Source: the human T2T-CHM13v2.0 reference genome, Homo sapiens
Assembly (NCBI RefSeq): GCF_009914755.1
Contig: NC_060946.1
Direction: 5' to 3' (one strand)
DNA length: 64,000 bases
A program made the translations under genes and the position numbers. Below are positions 52,135 to 64,000 of this stretch, in pieces. A model generated the notes under the pieces. That model was not told the DNA's origin and made no database searches. It was given only the letters and a program-made list of their open reading frames with translations. Each line of letters opens with the position of its first letter. The first letter of the stretch is position 1.

Positions 52135-52600
52135 TTTTCTTTTTAATTGAGGTGTAACTTACAAATAGTACAGCGAACATCTTAAAAGTACAGCTCTGCG
52201 GGGCGCGGTGGCGCACGCCTGTAATCCAGCACTTTGGGAGGCCGAGGCGGGAGGCTCACTTGAGCCCAGGAGTTCGAGACCAGCCTGGGCAACATAGCGA
52301 GACCCTGTCTTTTAGAAAAAAATAACAGTGTAATGGCGTGCACCTGTAGTCCCAGCTACTCGGGAGGCCGAGCCGGGAGAATGGCTTGAGCCCAGGAGTT
52401 CGAGGCTGCAGTGAGCTATCATTCCTGTCACTGCACTCCTCCTCCAGCCTGAGCAACAAGGCGAGACCCTGTCTCTTAAAAAGAAAAAAAAAGGTACAGC
52501 TCGATTAATTTTTCAGACATACTCATAAAACTCGTGTTACCACCACCATGATCAAGACACAGAAGACTTCCAGGCCCTAGAAGTCTCACATCTTCAGGAA
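52135..52600 (-). mobile_element. Old L1M 3' end interrupted by a plus-strand AluJ (52196-52492)
   Basis: TTTAATTGAGGTGTAACTTACA..ATCTTAA and ACCACCACCATGATCAAGA flank the Alu; TSD GTACAGCTC. Confidence 0.75.
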
Positions 52601-52964
52601 TAAACCAGTGAGGGAGAGGTCACCATCTGAAACCCTGGAGTTGTCTGTTTTTGCCCCTCTCTGCTCTGGCAGACCCTCTTTGGGCCTCAGTTGCCTGTGA
52701 AGGGAAGCAAGGAGCTGAGGTGACGTGCATTGCGTGGTTTATATCTTGCAAATCGCTTTAGATATTTAGCTAACTTTAACCCGGATAACTATTGTATGAG
52801 GTCGGTACTTGGTTTATACCCAGGTTAATGATGTGAACACTATAACTTGGAGAGATTAGCTAGTCTAAATTCAGATAGCTCTTAGGTGGTGGAGTTTGAG
52901 GGCCTAACTCATCTGTCTAACCTTAATGCTCATCTTTTCCTTCTTCCCTTCCTTGGCCTCTACA

Positions 52965-53354
<390 letters not shown>

Positions 53355-54711
53355 CTACTGGGGACTCTCTTCTCTTCCCCAAGGTTTTGTCTCCGAGGCA
53401 AGCTCCTACACACCCTCCAAAGCCCACTAGAGCATCATTTGCCCTAAAGCCTTCTTTAAGAGCAGTCCTCCCAGGGACTCCCTCCAACAGACAGTGATTG
53501 CCATTTTTCCTCTGTGCGGTCCAGTCCGTGCACAGGCACCCACCTCCCACAGCACCAGAAAGGCCCCTGGAGGCTGCACCTAAGTTCAACCCTCAAGGCG
53601 CCTGGTGCCCAGCTGGTCTTCAGTAAATGTGTTTGTAACTAAAACGGGAAGAGAGGTTTTGAACCTTGGTGTTTATAACCTTGGTGTGTCAGTAAAATGC
53701 GGCCCGCTGCCCCTGCCTCCTGTCACTCAAAATATATTGAGCTGGGGAAAGAGCTTCCCGAACACCTGGGGTGGAACCGCAGGGAGAGGAAGGCTGGGCC
53801 CACCCCGCACTCGGTTAGGAAATGGACTCGTCCGCGCCTCCGGGCGGGCGGGACCTCAGGGGCTGCCTGGGAAGAGGTCATTCCTTCCACGGGGGAGCGT
53901 CCACTCGCCTAGGCCAGAGGAAGACTTGGCGGCCTAGAGGAAGCTCTAGGGAGCCCCGGAAGCCCGGGACATAGCTTTCCTTCCAGGCCCCTGCCCGGTG
54001 AGAGACAGCCAATTAAGTGGAGTGATTTTCACTTTACACCCCTATTTCCTTCCACACAGAATTGGAGGCAGTTTGCAGGATATTCCAAACAGTGGTGAAA
54101 TATAAGAAAGGGCTAGGACCAGAAAAAGAGAGCGAGCGAGAGAGATTATATATACCTATTTTTAAAAAATAATTGAGCAAGTCCCCCATTCTCTCTTCCA
54201 TAAATCTGACTTTGAACGTAGAATTTGCTTTGTTAAGTGAGAAGAAAACAGTCCTTGCCCTTTGAGCTAAAGGAAATTTCCCTCTTTGCTTTCCCCTGCA
54301 GCAGGCACATTTTTGAGTGTTGGGAAATTGAGGCTCAGAGACGTGAGGGACTTGCTGGAATCCACCCAGCAGCAGGGACAGATCGTGAATGACCATGCAG
54401 GTGGCCAGAGTGCTGGCAGGGGCTAGAGCCAAATGTTTTCCGTGAGTAAAGGGTTTCCCCTTTTCTCCATGGGGAGCTTTGAAAGTCTCCACCTGGGAGC
54501 CTAGTGGGCACAAAAGAGGTGGGGCTAATTACTGTGGACAGAGCCTTAGGACTTTGGGGAGAGGAGAGCCATGTGACTGACCTTGGGGAGCAAGAGACAA
54601 ATTTGAGCCCCGATTTCCTCATCTGTAAAATAAGGACATAGTATCCATTTCATAGGGACATCAGGAAAACTGGATGCAAAGAGCAATGGCTAAGCACCTG
54701 CAATACTTCAT

Positions 54712-55655
<944 letters not shown>

Positions 55656-56563
55656 CATCTGTCTTTATTTTTCCCATTTATCAGATGAGAAAGCTGAGGC
55701 CCAGAGAGGGGACGTGGCAGGCTCAAGGCCACAGTGGCAGGCCTGGGACAAGGTCTAGCCCCTGGAGCCATTCAGCTTGGGTTCCTTCCCCTCCAGCACC
55801 ACGGTCCCTCCTCAGACTCTCCCTGGCCTTGGCCAGTTTCCCTGTGGTCTTGAGGAAATAAAGGGAAGGGGAGGATCCAGCCTCATTCCAGCCCCACGTC
55901 CCCCCCAACACACACAGTGGGGGCTGCTTCCCAGGAGGACAGATGTTTTCACCAAATGGCACTTGCACGTGCTTTTCTCTGGCTTGGGGAGGAGGTGGGC
56001 GCTGAGAAGGAAATGCCAGCTGGTTGGGCAGAGACAACCGCAGCCACACCTGAGGGATTTAAATAGCCTCCGCCTTCTCTGGGCACCGGCTGAGGAGGAG
56101 GCATCTGGGCAGGGTTGGAGGGGAGCGGGGAACAGAAGGGCCATTCGGAACCTGCCGCAGCTCAGGGATGAGCGCCTGGCTCCTCCTCCCAGAGGGACCT
56201 GGTCTAGGCACCTCACCTCCCTGGACCTCGAGGTTCATCCCCTGCAAAGCGAGGCTCTGAAGGCCGCTGAACCACGTGCCTGTTGATGGAAAGAACCTGA
56301 GTAACAGGCCTGACCCATGCCTGGCACCCAGATGCTCAGTACTTGACGGCTATTGGGGTCACCACCTCCCTGCCAGGGCAGGAGGGCCTGCTGCTGAGTC
56401 TCTGACAAATGAGCGTCCACCGGCCGCTCACCCACCTCTCGCGACAGGGTGCTCATCACCTGCCATGGCAACCCACAGTGTAAGGGAATGATTTCATGGT
56501 AGACCGTGTGTTGGAATCTGGGCTACAGGACTGCTTGGTGTCTGTGTGACCTCAAGCAAGTTA

Positions 56564-57325
<762 letters not shown>

Positions 57326-58315
57326 AATACATTTGTCATGGAAAAGCCTCTCTGGTTATCTGTGGCAGGAGGTGGGAGTGGGAGGAGGTCCGTTATTTAG
57401 AGAGAGATGAGGGCGCTGAATGGGAGGAGGGCTTATTCAGGTCAAGGAGGGGAGGCTAAGGGCCCTCAGCTCACCTGGTCCACTCTTTCAGACGCAGAGA
57501 CTTATATCCAGAGGGGGTGGTGGACCTGCTCAGACCACACAGCCCTGGGAGGACTCCCTCCCACCAGGGACCCTTCACTCCCCACCCTTCCTGGTGCTCA
57601 GCCCTCCTGGGTCTCTCCTGTCCTGTGTGTCCCTGTTTAACATCCTAGTAACACCAAGAAGAGGGAAGGCACGAACGAGGGCCCTGGATCTCCCTGACCA
57701 GCTTGACCTCCTGCCTACCCACAACAACCCGATTTTACAGGTGAGAAAATTGAGACCAAGAGAGAGGAAGGCCCACCGACCCAGGCTGCAGCCGAGGTCA
57801 GTCTGATTCTGCTGCTGAGTGGTGTGCCATTACCATTGTCCACCTGCAGCAAGATCGGGTCCCGACCGGGTGGACAACCAAATTAACAGACGGAGGTGGG
57901 GACTCCGCTTCCGGCTCGCCCCGCCCCACCCCACTCTCCCAGGGAGGGAGCTCCAGCTCCGGGAAGATGAGGACAATAGCAGGAATCGCCCCACAGGGTA
58001 CTTCCACGTGCTGGCTCCTGCCAAGCGCTGGCACCAGTGTTATGGGGCCTGTGTACAGATGAGGAAACTGAGGCAGAGATTGGGGCTTGGTGGCAGGCCT
58101 CCAGTTTCTGCGGAGGGAAGGCAGAGGGCACTTGGGGCATGGGCGACATGGGTCGTGGCGGGCACCCGGCGCACACGGCAGCCGGGCGCAGGCCAGAAGC
58201 CCCCCCGCGTCGCCGGGCCGCCCAGTCCGGGAGCCGGGCGCTGGGATGGGCGGGAGGCGGGATCTCCGGGCCGCGCCGCTTCCTGGCTCCCCACCCTGCG
58301 CCGGCGGCCGCCCTG

Positions 58316-58324
58316 GCCACGTCA
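58316..58324 (-). promoter_or_regulatory. KDELR3: UPRE / XBP1s-CREB3-family motif TGACGTGGC
   Basis: GCCACGTCA on the plus strand ~180 bp upstream of the ATG; second core GACGTGGC at 58423-58430. Confidence 0.7.
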
Positions 58325-58500
58325 CCGCCCGGCCAAGAGTGCGTGGGCGGCGGCGCGCGGGTGCGATCGCGGAGCTGTGAGGCGCAGGCAGGGCTCTGGG
58401 GCACCTAGAGACCGGGGCCGGAGACGTGGCAGCCGCCCTGCCCGCCAGAAAGTTTCCTAGAAGTTTGCTGGGCGCGGGCGCACGACTGACTGGCTGGACC

Positions 58501-58591
58501 ATGAACGTGTTCCGAATCCTCGGCGACCTGAGCCACCTCCTGGCCATGATCTTGCTGCTGGGGAAGATCTGGAGGTCCAAGTGCTGCAAGG
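58501..58591 (+). CDS. KDELR3: ER lumen protein-retaining receptor 3 (KDEL receptor 3), first coding exon; gene continues beyond the window
   Basis: ACCATG start; [30 protein letters not shown](G) is the ERD2/KDELR N-terminus; 91 nt followed by phase-1 donor G|GTGAGG. Confidence 0.97.
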
Positions 58592-60075
58592 GTGAGGGGC
58601 GCCTGGCAGGGAGGTGCGGGACCCCCTCTCTGGCCAGCCTCATGCCCCTGCGTGCAGGGCAGGGCGCTCCAGGTGTCTGCTCAGGGTGGGGACTCCGGCG
58701 TGGGGGTCCTTGAAACTTTGCGGAGCTCCACTTCCAAAAACAATGTAAAGTTGTATAAAATCAGAGGAGGAGGATCCCTCGAGATGATGGGAGGCGGGTG
58801 GGTTTGTTCCTGCACAGACGCCCCCTCAGGTTGGCAGTGTCACTGCTGGTTGGAAGAGGGGGTTATAAGGGAGGTGACAACCCCTCCCTCCCACCAGTTA
58901 CACCCATTGTTCCTTCCACCATCGACTGTGGGGAGAAGCAGATATGCACTCAGGAACGGCCCACGATTCTCAAGGTCTTCTCTTCCCTGCCCCTTCCCAG
59001 ACCCCACCCCGCCCCCCAAAGTGAGCCCTCGTCCCTCCCCTGCCTGCATGTGTGGCACCGGTGGCTGTGATGTGGCAGGAGGGCACCAGCCGGGCTCAGG
59101 CGGGTATGGAGCTGCCTCTAAACGGAAGCCGGGGAAGGCTGGAGGGGTCCCCTGTTTGCATTCTGGCTGCCCTGCTGGGGGTTTGGAGAAGCTTGGAGGC
59201 TGGACTCGCGGTCGCCAACAGATCCAGAGCCACGAAAGGCTGCCAGAGCCTCCTCCAGCCATCTTTGTCCACCGGCATCCTCGTGGTGCCCTCCCTGTGC
59301 CTGGCACTGGGTGTGCAGAGGCAGGAGTGAGCTCAGGCTCCTCGTGGGGCTGAGGAGGCTGAGAAGGCTGAGAGTGGGCCCCGAAGGCCCTGTGGAAGGA
59401 GCAGCTCCGTGCTGGTCCCGGAGGACGAGCAGGTGTCAATCCAGGAAGTGTGTGCTGTGGAGGGCTCCGGGGATGAAGAGGCATGGAGGTCACCAAGCAC
59501 CGGGCATCCCCCGGGAAGGGTGGGCAGCCAGATTTGGGGTGGTCTGGAGGGAGATGAGTCCAGGAGGGAGGCTGGTCCAGATGTGAAAGGGCCTTTTCTG
59601 CCAGGCCAGGGAGTTGGGTCTGGGGAGCCCTTCATGGTTTGGGAGCCGGGAAGGGGCCTGGAAGGGGGCCTGAACAGGTTGCTTTGCAAGCTTTGAGAGA
59701 AAAGGCACAGAGCAGGGGGAGGCCTGGCAGGGTGGGGGTTGGTGCAGACATGAGCAACAGTACGGTGTGGAGGGAGTGGTTCTAGGCCTGGAGGCCATTT
59801 GGGTTTGGGGTCTCTGGAGAGACAGGTACAGAGACAGTTCAGGTTCTTCCTCAGGGGAGGTGGCCAGGAATGCTGAGTGGGGGACCCGGAGCAGCAGGCC
59901 CTGGTGAGGGGAGAATCAGCTCCAACCTCTTCCTGCACTTTTGCAGAAGGCCCTGCACGGAGTGAGCAACCATGACCAAGAGGGGACACTGGTACCTGGC
60001 CGCTGTCTGCCAGACACTGCTGGGCACCTAGAATACAGCCCGGACAGCAGAGGCCCAGCCCTGGTGGAGCTGACT

Positions 60076-60667
<592 letters not shown>

Positions 60668-61128
60668 TGACTTTCTAGTGGTAGGAAGCCATCAATAAAC
60701 AATAGTCCTAGGAAACTGAGCAAATGACACGGTTTGTTGGAGGCCATAGTGAGTACTATGGGAACAGAAAAAGGGCAGCTGGGTGGCAGGGATGGGCCTG
60801 TGTGTGCACAGAGAGAAGTCAGAGGTGATGGAGGCAGGGCCTGGTATGACCTCAACAGACCCAGCCCCAAAGACCAGAGACTTGGGCTTCACTCTCACTC
60901 CTCCCCTTGACTCGCTGTGTGACCCTGGGCCTGTGTTTTCCCATTTGTCAAATGGGAGTGAGGGCTGCCCCTGGCAGTGGGGTCCACCTATGCTTAGTGG
61001 ACCCCGGAGGGACTCTGGCCAGTCCAGGCTCACATTGTCCTCTGTGTCCCGGGTCTCCATGTGCAGCTTCCTGGTGGAAATGATTGTTTTCAAAAGTGTG
61101 AAAACTATTGTGCTCAAGATCACCGGGG

Positions 61129-62250
<1,122 letters not shown>

Positions 62251-62341
62251 GTTCTCCCACCCCAAATGTCTGGAACCAGAGGGATGGTTAGAGAAGGCAC
62301 AGTTCAGGGGTACAGGGGAACCAGACCCTGAATTAGACAGC

Positions 62342-62455
62342 ACAGTAGTTCCCCCTTATCCACGGAGGATATGTTCCAAGACTGCCAGTGGATGCCTGAA
62401 ACCACGGGTTAAACCAAACCCTATATATATACTGTTTCTTCCATCTGATAACCAA
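62342..62455 (+). mobile_element. Tigger-family DNA transposon fragment (Tigger2/MER8-like end)
   Basis: CAGTAGTTCCCCCTTATCCACGGAGGATATGTTCCAAGAC..GTGGATGCCTGAAACCACGG. Confidence 0.7.
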
Positions 62456-62462
62456 GACTGCT

Positions 62463-64000
<1,538 letters not shown>

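Larger units (their letters stand above)
58140..58700 (+). promoter_or_regulatory. KDELR3: KDELR3 promoter CpG island and 5' UTR
   Basis: CpG-dense, GC boxes, spans the start codon. Confidence 0.85.

Noticed and set aside
58592-58713. Continuation of the KDELR3 ORF past SKCCKG
   Set aside because: KDELR similarity ends at the GTGAG donor; this is intron read-through.

Overview
Human (great-ape) genomic DNA, GC-rich and dense in Alu, MIR and L2 repeats; I recognise it as the KCNJ4-KDELR3 interval of chr22q13.1. It holds the whole KCNJ4 gene (Kir2.3) on the minus strand: a single coding exon with CDS 17063-18400, a ~27 kb 5'-UTR intron, and a non-coding first exon in a CpG island at ~45.2-45.5 kb. 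Transcribed divergently on the plus strand are the promoter, first coding exon (58501-58591) and start of intron 1 of KDELR3. The rest is an old minus-strand SVA cut by the window edge, about 50 Alu elements or fragments, an MLT1 LTR, MER/Tigger DNA transposon fossils, L1/L2/MIR fragments, simple repeats and two small orphan CpG islands. I found no tRNA, rRNA, CRISPR array or credible new protein-coding gene, and nothing I can honestly call a new biological system. The best leads are: an AUG-UAG start-stop element in the KCNJ4 leader; a G4/RBFOX/Pumilio/variant-poly(A) cluster at the KCNJ4 3' end; recurrent RFX X-boxes and two motif-dense candidate enhancers in a 10 kb Alu-free zone; a chimeric Alu recording an Alu-Alu tandem duplication; and CpG-preserving Alus beside the orphan islands. 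Repeat subfamilies, motif calls and transcript ends were read by eye and are approximate.
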